From: Promethearchaeota archaeon
Lineage (GTDB): Archaea > Asgardarchaeota > Lokiarchaeia > Sigyniarchaeales > SOKP01
Assembly (NCBI GenBank): GCA_048939015.1
Contig: JBHLPW010000048.1
Location: forward strand, 1 to 38,946
Reading direction: 5' to 3'
Length of the DNA: 38,946 bases
Shown: piece after piece, positions 9,549 through 18,730 of the stretch
Position numbering within the stretch: the stretch's first letter is position 1
How the letters are laid out: every line of letters begins with the position of its first letter
Made by a program: the position numbers and the translations under genes
The notes under the pieces: generated by a model
Told to the model about the DNA's origin: nothing
Database searches by the model: none
Seen by the model: only the letters and a program-made list of their open reading frames with translations

Positions 9549-11147
9549 TTAAAAATTTAATACAAAATTATAGCCTGTTAATTGAAAATAAATAGGTGAA
9601 AACAATCCACAAGTATTATAGAAATCTTTTTCACTTATATTAAAGGGTCTTGCATATATTATCTCCTCAACCTTTTGAATAAAAGGATAAATCGATGCGG
9701 GAGTTAGTTTTAATTCTTTTACAGAAATTATTGCAAAATCTCTAATTGTCTCATTATAATTTCTTGTCCGATTAAATTTTGCATTGATTAAATCCATATA
9801 GATTGCATTAAATAAATATGATATTGATTCCTCAATTCTTCCTGAATCTTTAAGAATTTTAAGATTTATGATTTTAGATTCAAGTGGTAAATGAACAACA
9901 CGAGACTCTTTTTCCTGTTTCTTATAATATCTATAGCCAAATACTGCTAGTACTGCAATAATGACGCCTAAGATTGGAAAAAATATTATGGAAAATACTA
10001 AAAATGGAGGCCATCGAAATTGTTCTGTGGTTGATGTAGGAGCAGATTCAATTACTATCCATTTTAAAGAGGAATTAATTTCTCTTCCCAAAACATTATG
10101 AATTAATCGCGCTTGAATTGATGCTGTTCCATTTGGTGGATTGATTTGAAAAGTATGGGAGAAAGTACCATCAGAAGCTGTTGTCGTTGTACCTTTTGAA
10201 GATCCATTATACAAAATTTCTATTTCCCTATCATTAATTCTAAGAGAGGGAACCGTTAAAGAAAATAATGTTCCAGTTAATTCATAATTATCTCCCACAG
10301 TAGCTAAATAATTAATGTTTAAATCCCATGCTACATCTGAGAATACTTTAATGTTAGTTATACTAACTTCTGAATAATTAACATAAGGAGCGTTTGAGTA
10401 ATTAAATTTAAGAGTCAAATAACTTACAACAGTAATTGGAATTTGCAAGCTTGTAAGAAGAGCTCCTGAAGAATCAGTGAGAAAAGAACCTTGAGAAATA
10501 ATTATAGAACCAGCTAACCAATAATAGTTAACACTTACAGAACCTATTCCATTTCCATTATCGTAATATAAGAATCCATTAAAATTGAAATCCTCTTCGG
10601 TTAATTTAGGGATTGAAACATCATCATGAGAAGCTATATTAAAGTAAGATGTAGCGTTAACTTCAATAGTATAGAAGTCTAAATATTCGATTTCGCTCCC
10701 TGGTCCTCCAGGTTCTGAATCGGTCACTATAACATCTATTTTATGGCTTGAATAAATATCAAGCAGAGGATCAATAGTATAGAAAATATTGAATCTTCCC
10801 AAGGAATCAGTTATATCTGTATATCCCATGTCAGTAATATCATTAACTTGAATAGCCACATTAACACCTGATTTATTACTTCCATCAATTTTATTATAAA
10901 GATGTCCTTTTATAGAAATGATGGAGTTACGATAGAATCTCTTATTGTGAACTTCACTTGGGTTTGTAAGCTCCAGAGTTGCCCAAAACCAAGACATTTT
11001 TGGATTATTTTTTGAATTTGGGTAAGTTTCTTTAAAATTAAGACGAGAAATTGAAGCAAAATTAATAAATAAGAGTAAAGATATAACTAGAATTCCAAAT
11101 ATTTTCATCTTATTGTTAAGATGTTTAGGAATCTTGTACTTTTTCAT
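9549..11147 (-). CDS. Surface/membrane protein: N-terminal signal or TM, ~3 Ig-like repeats, TM, cytoplasmic DUF4129-like domain
   Basis: Repeats of GxL...TDxxGxF (TDSLGRF, TDSSGAL, TASDGTF), many NxS/T sequons, TM (FLVFSIIFFPILGVIIAVLAVFGY), then a DUF4129-like tail. Confidence 0.75.
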   Translation of the reverse strand: MKKYKIPKHLNNKMKIFGILVISLLLFINFASISRLNFKETYPNSKNNPKMSWFWATLELTNPSEVHNKRFYRNSIISIKGHLYNKIDGSNKSGVNVAIQVNDITDMGYTDITDSLGRFNIFYTIDPLLDIYSSHKIDVIVTDSEPGGPGSEIEYLDFYTIEVNATSYFNIASHDDVSIPKLTEEDFNFNGFLYYDNGNGIGSVSVNYYWLAGSIIISQGSFLTDSSGALLTSLQIPITVVSYLTLKFNYSNAPYVNYSEVSITNIKVFSDVAWDLNINYLATVGDNYELTGTLFSLTVPSLRINDREIEILYNGSSKGTTTTASDGTFSHTFQINPPNGTASIQARLIHNVLGREINSSLKWIVIESAPTSTTEQFRWPPFLVFSIIFFPILGVIIAVLAVFGYRYYKKQEKESRVVHLPLESKIINLKILKDSGRIEESISYLFNAIYMDLINAKFNRTRNYNETIRDFAIISVKELKLTPASIYPFIQKVEEIIYARPFNISEKDFYNTCGLFSPIYFQLTGYNFVLNF

Positions 11148-11174
11148 TTTTCTTTACTTCACTCTTTTTAATTT

Positions 11175-14100
11175 TTATGGTACTCTAAATACTTCTTGTT
11201 CAATTATTAATATATATAGTCCATCAGGAATACCAAAATTACTGGGATCTTCAGGGTAGAAGTTTACCCATACTTCGGTATTATCTGGCCAATCTCCAAC
11301 AATAAATGTTAGATTGAAAAACCCAGTACCATCAGTAAAGCCTAATTGAGTAGCTAATATTGTACCAGCTCCATCTGTAATGGTTACATTAATTTCCATT
11401 CCTACCATTGCTGTTCCGTTATCCCAATAAAGATATCCATATACATAACAATCATCCCCATAATACCAATCATCTTTAACGACATTGGTTTCATAATTTC
11501 CTGTAATATAATTGCCTGCTAGTACATCAATTGATATTAGTGTTAGTGCAGTACTATTTTTTTCCATATAATTTGTTAAATATATACCTGGAGCATTTAT
11601 ATCTCCATCAAAATCAATTCTTATATAATAATCACCTTGAGGACAACTCATATCAATCGAGTTATCAAATTGGTAGTAACCTAGAGCATCAGTTATGATT
11701 GAAGTAGATCCACTTAGGTATGATATAGAAACATCAGTTAAAGTGTCATCCAACAATCGAATATTAACAACTAAACCTCTTAGTAATTCGCCATTCTCTC
11801 GAAGAGTACCATCAACAATAAAACTATCAACGTTTCTAATTAGAGTAGCTTGATTAATACTTGCAAAGATACTAGCAGTTTTATTAATAATAACATAAGT
11901 ACTATTTACTGCTGGAGATCCTGACCACTGAACTTCTATTCGATGAAGACCACCATGCCATCCAAGTGTAGAAACTGAAATTGAGGCAAAACTGTTAATT
12001 ACAGATTGAGGAGTACCTAATGTTAAACCAGTATAAATATCGGTGAATGTAACTGTACCAGAATTAACTATACTGCTGTACTGATAGACATATACAGAGA
12101 AATTTATATTTTCGATTCCAGTATATGTCTCAGGGGGATTTCCATTCGAATAAAATGATTGAGTTGGATTTCCGTCAATAAAGAAATATATATCAACATC
12201 TAGGGGATCAATAACTTTTAAATCATAAAATCCTGGTGTACTATCAGTAAAGTTTGCTATAGTCCACAAATCAAAATATTGGGGATAATTTGGGTTGGTA
12301 TAAATAAATACTCCATTATAATCAACTTGAAGGGTATAATTTCTGGTTGGTGTTGAATCTGAAACTGAATAAGTGAGATCTATTTCTCCCGATGCTCCTA
12401 GCTGTAAAGAGCCGGAAACCAAATTTAAATAGAATGATACTGGCGTAATTCCATCATACAAAAGAACACTTATCTCTCCATATTTAACGGGATTTCCATT
12501 AAGAGAATCGTTCAGATATCCATGGATTATGAAGTCTGTACCTACACTCCCACTTCGGTTAACAGATCTAGGCTCAGGACATATATCCAGAGTAACATTA
12601 ATAGGGGCATCTAATATAAAATATGAGTAATTGTATCGATTATTCCATGTGGCATAGATTAAATGTGGACCTGCTGTGGTAGTAAATCCTGTAGAATAAG
12701 AAACTTGTGCTGTTCCATTAATCGTTTGATCAGAGCCAATTAAAAGATTATCTTGAGTTACATCATAAAAATGAACCCACTCATCATCACCAATAGGAAC
12801 ACCCCCATATTGTATAAACGCTGTGAGATTCAAATCATCATAACGATCAATAACCGGGTTAAAAGGATCATCGGATGAAAATCCATCTATCCAGAAGCTA
12901 AATCTTAATGTAGCTGGGATATTTATTTGCAATTCATAGCTGAAAACTGTTGAAGTATTAATAAATGGTAAATTGAATGAATAAGAATAAGGATAGGATG
13001 ATAAATCGATTGTTCCATTAAAATCTAATCTTAAAGTGTAGTTTCCGGGAGGAGTAGTTGAGAAAACTCCAAATGTTAAGTCAAAATTACCAGTTGAATC
13101 CGTTTGATAGGGATAAATTTCACTTGGAACTAAATATGATGAAAAGTCTACTCCACTTTTTAATAATTTCAGAGTGATTTCTGAGAAACTTATAGGTAAA
13201 GTTGGAGTAATACTATCTACTATCTCTCCTACAATATTAAATTGGGTAGCACCTCCGCCAGTACGGTTTATAACCCTGGGTGTTGGTCCAGAAATAATAT
13301 TTATAGTAGGAGCTTCATTTAATACAAAATATGAATAATTTGGTTGTAATCCAACCATTGCATATAATAAATTAGGTCCAGCTCTGCAGTAATCATCGAC
13401 TGTATAAAGAATAGAGGCTATTCCATTAGAATTTGAAATATCAGATCCAATCCAAACATTACCTCTTGAATAATCATAAAAATTTACAATTTTATTAGGT
13501 ATAGGTCCTGTTCCTAAAGATAATACTTGAGCTGTGAGATTCAAATCATGATATCGAGACACCGTAGGACTAGTAGGATTATTTGATGAGAATCCATCAA
13601 TATAGAACCATACGTCTAAAGCTTTTGTAATATTAAAATCAATTCTGTTACTGGAATTAGTAAATGGAAAATAATAAGCTCCAAATCCAATGGATAAGAT
13701 GAAATAATCATAGGATCCTAAAGGGGTATCAATCCACCATGTTCCATTAAGATCAGCTCGTACTTCATAATTTCCAGCTGAAGCATAAATAAGATTTAAA
13801 AAGTCATCGAAATCACCATTAGTAGATGTGTTTATAGAGGAGGGGGAGAAGGCGTTAAACACTTCATTACTTGTACCTTTTTGGAATAAACGTATATTTA
13901 TCTCAGGACCCTCAACTCTTCCACTAATCGGTCCTAGTAGTGGATCATATACAAAACCAACTATGTTTGTGACATCTGGAAGAGTATCAGAAATATTAAT
14001 TGCTCCTGGATTGACGTTAGTTAGTGCGATTGAAATATCTCCCAAAATTGTTGTCAGATTATAACCTGCTGTAAATAAATCATATCTTGCTTCAATTAAG

Positions 14101-15668
14101 TGAGGGCCAACTATTTGAGAGCTGTCAACATTAAATGAAACTGATGCTCTACCTGCGAAATCAGTGACACTTTGACCAATCTCTTGCCCAGTAGTCGTAT
14201 CTGTAAATGTGAGTGTTAAACCTTCAACAGGGTCAGAGCTTGAATTTATTGTAGCATTTATAATTGCAACATCTGGTCTAATATAAGATAGTTGATCGAG
14301 AGTAACAGTAATATTGTAATTACCTCCTATTACTGGATTCCCACCGCCTCCATAAGCGTCGAAAACATTAAATTGGACCCATTTTCCATTTCCAGAGACA
14401 TCAGTGGGAACATAAATTTCTGCCCAACTAAATAAATTTTCATATTTTATTGCAAACGCATTTTTTCCTTCATCAACATCATAAAACTCTTCAATTGTAT
14501 AACTTTGAAAGCCATCAACAAATCTGCTTGCTATTCCAAATGCACGAGAAAAAGCACAAAAAGCGGAAGCAAAATCGGACCAAATTCCTTGCCCAGTCTC
14601 ACAAAACCATTCTACTATATCTGTTCCTTCGGGAGCGGGATTATAATCATCAGCAGTCATTGGAAATGAGAATTGACTTTGAAGATAGTTCCTAATTTTG
14701 CTAGCAGCAAAGAAAGCGTTATCACTGGGATTTATTATTCCATCTAACACATTATAATGAGTAGTAAAATCATCGTTGTTTGTCTTGTATAGTTCTATTG
14801 AAGGTGGTAATTGCAGATATTTATCTTTTATATACGCTGGTGTCCAAACAGCTTCAACGGCACTTGAATTTAACTCCTCAGCGGAAGGTAAATGATTATA
14901 TAATCCAAACATATCAAATGTCATGTTAACATCATCCGCTGCATTAAAAGATAGATCTAACGTAGTACAATTATACTCACCTTTATAGAATTTAGGTGAT
15001 GCTAAATCTAAGTTTGGAGCATAAATACTTCCATCAATTACAAAGGGAATAGGAAAGAGAGTAGGTATAGTCATTGTATTAGAACCCATATTTGGTGATA
15101 GTGGCATTTTAATTGTCAAGAGTTCAGGATCAGGAGAATATTGTGAAAGATATTCACCATAAGAGTAAAAATTATAGAGATCACTACCTGCATTAGACGT
15201 CCATCCATCACCAGTATATTCATCAAAACATTCCATCTTCCATAGAACATTTGTCATATTACTAAAGTCAAGATAATCATACACCCTAAATACCTCAATT
15301 TCACCAGCTTGTGTAAATAATAGATCACGGAGAGCATCAGAAAAATCATTTAAATCTAAATCATCAATATCTCCATCAAACATATCTGATAACATATCAA
15401 GTAAAGATTGGGGATCATCCACTTGATCTAACAAATCCTGCCAAAAATCTTCGTCAAACGGAAAAGGTGGTTTTATTAATAATGCATCTTCAGTTGGATG
15501 ATCCTTAAGTTCTTCACTTGGGAATGGTCTTTGAGAGCCAAAGAGAACGCTAAAAAAAACAGTGGAGAAGGCAAAGATACTAATAAGGATAATTACTACT
15601 AGTATTGTTCCAATAATTCTTTTTTTATTGATGCCGCCTCCTAGTATTTCCTCTCTCAATTCAGACAT
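11175..15668 (-). CDS. Large membrane-anchored glycoprotein with a degenerate transglutaminase-like domain and tandem Ig-like repeats
   Basis: N-terminal TM; WKMECFDEYTGDGW (TgpA-like N-region); GIWSDFASAF..RAFGIASRFVDGF, FSWAEIY and WVQFN match the TGase scaffold; ~1000 aa of beta-rich repeats with abundant sequons. Confidence 0.85.
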   Translation of the reverse strand: MSELREEILGGGINKKRIIGTILVVIILISIFAFSTVFFSVLFGSQRPFPSEELKDHPTEDALLIKPPFPFDEDFWQDLLDQVDDPQSLLDMLSDMFDGDIDDLDLNDFSDALRDLLFTQAGEIEVFRVYDYLDFSNMTNVLWKMECFDEYTGDGWTSNAGSDLYNFYSYGEYLSQYSPDPELLTIKMPLSPNMGSNTMTIPTLFPIPFVIDGSIYAPNLDLASPKFYKGEYNCTTLDLSFNAADDVNMTFDMFGLYNHLPSAEELNSSAVEAVWTPAYIKDKYLQLPPSIELYKTNNDDFTTHYNVLDGIINPSDNAFFAASKIRNYLQSQFSFPMTADDYNPAPEGTDIVEWFCETGQGIWSDFASAFCAFSRAFGIASRFVDGFQSYTIEEFYDVDEGKNAFAIKYENLFSWAEIYVPTDVSGNGKWVQFNVFDAYGGGGNPVIGGNYNITVTLDQLSYIRPDVAIINATINSSSDPVEGLTLTFTDTTTGQEIGQSVTDFAGRASVSFNVDSSQIVGPHLIEARYDLFTAGYNLTTILGDISIALTNVNPGAINISDTLPDVTNIVGFVYDPLLGPISGRVEGPEINIRLFQKGTSNEVFNAFSPSSINTSTNGDFDDFLNLIYASAGNYEVRADLNGTWWIDTPLGSYDYFILSIGFGAYYFPFTNSSNRIDFNITKALDVWFYIDGFSSNNPTSPTVSRYHDLNLTAQVLSLGTGPIPNKIVNFYDYSRGNVWIGSDISNSNGIASILYTVDDYCRAGPNLLYAMVGLQPNYSYFVLNEAPTINIISGPTPRVINRTGGGATQFNIVGEIVDSITPTLPISFSEITLKLLKSGVDFSSYLVPSEIYPYQTDSTGNFDLTFGVFSTTPPGNYTLRLDFNGTIDLSSYPYSYSFNLPFINTSTVFSYELQINIPATLRFSFWIDGFSSDDPFNPVIDRYDDLNLTAFIQYGGVPIGDDEWVHFYDVTQDNLLIGSDQTINGTAQVSYSTGFTTTAGPHLIYATWNNRYNYSYFILDAPINVTLDICPEPRSVNRSGSVGTDFIIHGYLNDSLNGNPVKYGEISVLLYDGITPVSFYLNLVSGSLQLGASGEIDLTYSVSDSTPTRNYTLQVDYNGVFIYTNPNYPQYFDLWTIANFTDSTPGFYDLKVIDPLDVDIYFFIDGNPTQSFYSNGNPPETYTGIENINFSVYVYQYSSIVNSGTVTFTDIYTGLTLGTPQSVINSFASISVSTLGWHGGLHRIEVQWSGSPAVNSTYVIINKTASIFASINQATLIRNVDSFIVDGTLRENGELLRGLVVNIRLLDDTLTDVSISYLSGSTSIITDALGYYQFDNSIDMSCPQGDYYIRIDFDGDINAPGIYLTNYMEKNSTALTLISIDVLAGNYITGNYETNVVKDDWYYGDDCYVYGYLYWDNGTAMVGMEINVTITDGAGTILATQLGFTDGTGFFNLTFIVGDWPDNTEVWVNFYPEDPSNFGIPDGLYILIIEQEVFRVP
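12820..13549 (-). repeat. Intragenic ~711-nt (237-aa) repeat unit in the 1497-aa protein
   Basis: Identical 19-mer GCTGTGAGATTCAAATCAT at 12820-12838 and 13531-13549; protein repeats IDGFSS..RYxDLNLTA..IGSD..AGP..NYSYFxL..NYTL..NG; a more diverged third copy starts at FFIDGNP. Confidence 0.85.
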
Positions 15669-15918
15669 ATTAAATTAAAATATAACTTTTTTTTTCCTAC
15701 AAGGAGTTAAGAATATTAATTATAATTATTATATATATAATTTTCCACATATCATCTTAAACTATTAAGTTTTTTAAAAATAATTTTGTGAAGTACTTTA
15801 ATGTATTTCACAAACAAAAATGTATTATAATTAGCTGATTTTAGATATGAATATATCAGGCTGTTTATAATCTGAATTAAAAGTCTCCATAATGATATAA
15901 AAGAAAAATGTAAAGATA

Positions 15919-16857
15919 CTAAAATTCAAAACCGCATTTAGTACAGACCAGTTTTTTAGCATATATTGGTTTTGGAATGTAGCTAATTATTCGTGTTTTA
16001 TCTTCAACTTCTTTTACAGCAAAACCACTCGCACCGCAATTGGGGCAAAGTCTTCTTCCAGAAGCTGATTGAACTGATGGACTGGGAGTAGATGTTGTCG
16101 TAGGAGTTAAAGATGGACCAGTACTATAGCTAGTTGTTTGATTTGTAATGCCTTGTGCTAAACTAGAGGGCATAACTGCTTTAGGCTCTTTCAATTCTTG
16201 GATTCGTTTTTCTTTGTATACAACCTCTTCCTGTAATTTAGTTATTTGTGCCTGCAAAGGTCCAATTTGTTGTTGTAGCATTGAATTATGTTGTTGTAGC
16301 TCTTGAACCTGTTGCTGTAATCCAGGAATATGAGCTTGTAGTTGAGCATTTTCATCAGTCAATTGCTTTACTTGTTGTTGATATGCTTCATTTGAACTCT
16401 GAAGAGATTGTAACTGATTTGTTATTCTATTCACTTGACTTTCCTTTTCTCTAATAAAAGCATTTAATTGTGAATTCTGGCTGCTAAGTTCATTAATTTG
16501 CGATTGTAATTGATTCAAAGTTGAATCTTTTTGTTGAAGTTGCATTCTAACTGAATCAAATTCCTCTTGTGAGGGACCTATCGAAATTGAAGGTGCTGGT
16601 TCTATTCTAGGAGGGGCTACAGTTTCCATGGTTGGTGGTGGAGTTCGTTCAAGTGAAGGTGGAGAAGGTATTTGGAGAGTAGGAGGGGCAGGAGGTGTCG
16701 TAAGAGGTGGAGCAGTACTAGGTGGTGTAGCTGTAGGAGGAGGCATTGATGGAGGAGGTGTTAATGGGGTTACTGAAGGAGGTGGCATTGAAGGTGCTGA
16801 AAATGGTTTTTTTTCCCTTTCTTTATCATTATCATTTCTCTCATATTCGTCCGACAT
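15919..16857 (-). CDS. Proline-rich / coiled-coil / C-terminal zinc-ribbon protein
   Basis: N-terminal poly-Pro low-complexity segment (PSMPPP twice), ~125-aa Q-rich heptad coiled coil, S/T linker, then CPNCG...CTKCGFEF. Confidence 0.85.
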   Translation of the reverse strand: MSDEYERNDNDKEREKKPFSAPSMPPPSVTPLTPPPSMPPPTATPPSTAPPLTTPPAPPTLQIPSPPSLERTPPPTMETVAPPRIEPAPSISIGPSQEEFDSVRMQLQQKDSTLNQLQSQINELSSQNSQLNAFIREKESQVNRITNQLQSLQSSNEAYQQQVKQLTDENAQLQAHIPGLQQQVQELQQHNSMLQQQIGPLQAQITKLQEEVVYKEKRIQELKEPKAVMPSSLAQGITNQTTSYSTGPSLTPTTTSTPSPSVQSASGRRLCPNCGASGFAVKEVEDKTRIISYIPKPIYAKKLVCTKCGFEF

Positions 16858-16965
16858 AATAATCTCTTTATCGTTTTTAATTATATTAAATTTTTTTATA
16901 TAAAAACAAGTACAATTATAATAATAGCATAAATGTAAATATAAAAGTGTTTTGTAAGTTACTTC

Positions 16966-18066
16966 TTAAAAGCATTCCCAGTATGGTTTTAGTTTTTCTT
17001 TCAGTGCAGGAATTAATTTGTTATTAAAATAATCTAGTAATTCTGGTCTAGAAAATCTTGGTTCTTCTAATATTAAATTATCATCTTCATCATTAAGAAC
17101 TCTTAGGCAATTATAAACTGCTCGAGCTTGTTTATCTAATTCATACCCTCCTTCTAATGTTATTAGAATTCTGTCACTAGCATATTTATGTGCAATTTCT
17201 TTTATTTTTTTTAGATAGTTTGCAGGTGCTTGATATGTCCAACCCATGTTTGTCAATTGATCTGTCCAATGAGTATCAAAACCTGCAGAAATTAAAATAA
17301 ATTCAGGTTTAAACTCATCGCATATCGGTATAATTATTTGATTTAAATAAAGAGGTATTACATCATCAGCTGAACCAGCAGGCATTGGATAATTAATGAT
17401 TTTTCCTACTCCATTACCTGTACCAATTTCATCATAATTTCCTGTACCTGGATAAAAGTAACCATATTGATGTGAATTAAACATTACTAATTCACCCAAA
17501 TTTGATTTAGTACCTTGATAAAATACATCTTGGGTACCATTTCCATGATGACAATCCCAATCAATGATAACTATTCTTTTCACTCCTTTTTCTCTAAATA
17601 GATATTCTGCAGCAACAGCAATATTATTGAATATACAAAATCCAGCAAATTTATGGGAATTAGAATGGTGACCAGGAGGTCTTACCAATGCAAAAGCATT
17701 TTTTACATTTCTATTTAATATCTCGTCTATAGCTTGCAAATTTCCACCAACTGAAAACAATGATGCCTCATAGGTTTTTGGGGAAGCCACAGTATCCATA
17801 TCAATGGCTTGAAGACGGTTCGTTTTAGCACTTAAGTCGCATATTTCTTGAATTTCTTTAATTAATCGTTCTCTATGGACATATTTGATTTGCTCTAAAG
17901 TTGCTTTTCTTGGTTTAATGATTTTGAAGTTTGGATCTTCAAGTATTTGTTGTTCTTTTAAAAAATTCATTATTGAAATTAACCGTTCATGACTCTCAAC
18001 ATGTTGCAGTTGAGTTCCAATATCATGTTCTAGGTAAATATCATCATAAACAATTCCTGTAGACAT
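16966..18066 (-). CDS. Histone deacetylase / AcuC-family Zn-dependent deacetylase
   Basis: HVESHERL, RPPGHH, GFCIFNN, DWDCHHGNGTQ, SAGFD and LEGGY all intact; ATG at 18066 (MSTGIVY) is preferred over the tracked start at 18096. Confidence 0.93.
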   Translation of the reverse strand: MSTGIVYDDIYLEHDIGTQLQHVESHERLISIMNFLKEQQILEDPNFKIIKPRKATLEQIKYVHRERLIKEIQEICDLSAKTNRLQAIDMDTVASPKTYEASLFSVGGNLQAIDEILNRNVKNAFALVRPPGHHSNSHKFAGFCIFNNIAVAAEYLFREKGVKRIVIIDWDCHHGNGTQDVFYQGTKSNLGELVMFNSHQYGYFYPGTGNYDEIGTGNGVGKIINYPMPAGSADDVIPLYLNQIIIPICDEFKPEFILISAGFDTHWTDQLTNMGWTYQAPANYLKKIKEIAHKYASDRILITLEGGYELDKQARAVYNCLRVLNDEDDNLILEEPRFSRPELLDYFNNKLIPALKEKLKPYWECF

Positions 18067-18166
18067 AGTAATTTCTCTTTCTATTTCTTTTATCAATATT
18101 TTGAATTTAATTAGTTTAATATTTACGTATAAACTTAAAAAAGTTTCTTCATAGACTTAATTAAAT

Positions 18167-18691
18167 ATGAACAAAACCATTAAATACACGCTGAAGATCA
18201 TTGTAGTTGGAGAACCTGCTGTAGGGAAAACAAGTTTAGTTAAGAAATTTATTACAGGGCAATTTACTAAAGACTATCGTTCTAGTATTGGTACAAATAT
18301 TTTTACCAAAAATATTAAATTAGAAAATGATATCAATATAAAGATACAGCTTTGGGATATCGCGGGACAAGAACGTTGGATAAATATGAGACCGTCTTAT
18401 TATATGGGAGCAAAAGGTATTATTATTGTTGGTGATTTAACACGCATGAACACATTTTCTCAAATTGAGAAATTCTGGATTCCTGATGTAAAACAATACT
18501 GTAATCGTGCTCCAGTAATTTTACTCGCAAATAAGAATGATTTAGGATCTGAGTTGAGTGAAAAAGAAATTAACTCATTAGAAAAGAGAACAAACTTTAT
18601 TTCAATTATTCATACATCAGCAAAAACAGGAGAAAATGTTGAGTCAGCATTTAAGATTATCTCGACTGAAGCATTAAAAATGTTCTATTGA
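18167..18691 (+). CDS. Rab-like small GTPase (Ras superfamily)
   Basis: G1 GEPAVGKT, G3 WDIAGQE, G4 NKND, G5 SAK; no C-terminal Cys prenylation motif. Confidence 0.95.
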   Translation: MNKTIKYTLKIIVVGEPAVGKTSLVKKFITGQFTKDYRSSIGTNIFTKNIKLENDINIKIQLWDIAGQERWINMRPSYYMGAKGIIIVGDLTRMNTFSQIEKFWIPDVKQYCNRAPVILLANKNDLGSELSEKEINSLEKRTNFISIIHTSAKTGENVESAFKIISTEALKMFY

Positions 18692-18730
18692 AAAGGAAAT
18701 TTTCTATAAACTAATTATACAAGAACTATA

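Noticed and set aside
16620-16810. ESCRT late-domain P(S/T)AP motif in the Pro-rich protein, and the Gly-rich antisense ORF 16628-16903
   Set aside because: Only near-matches (PSTAPP, FSAP) occur; the Gly-rich ORF is the antisense shadow of Pro codons.
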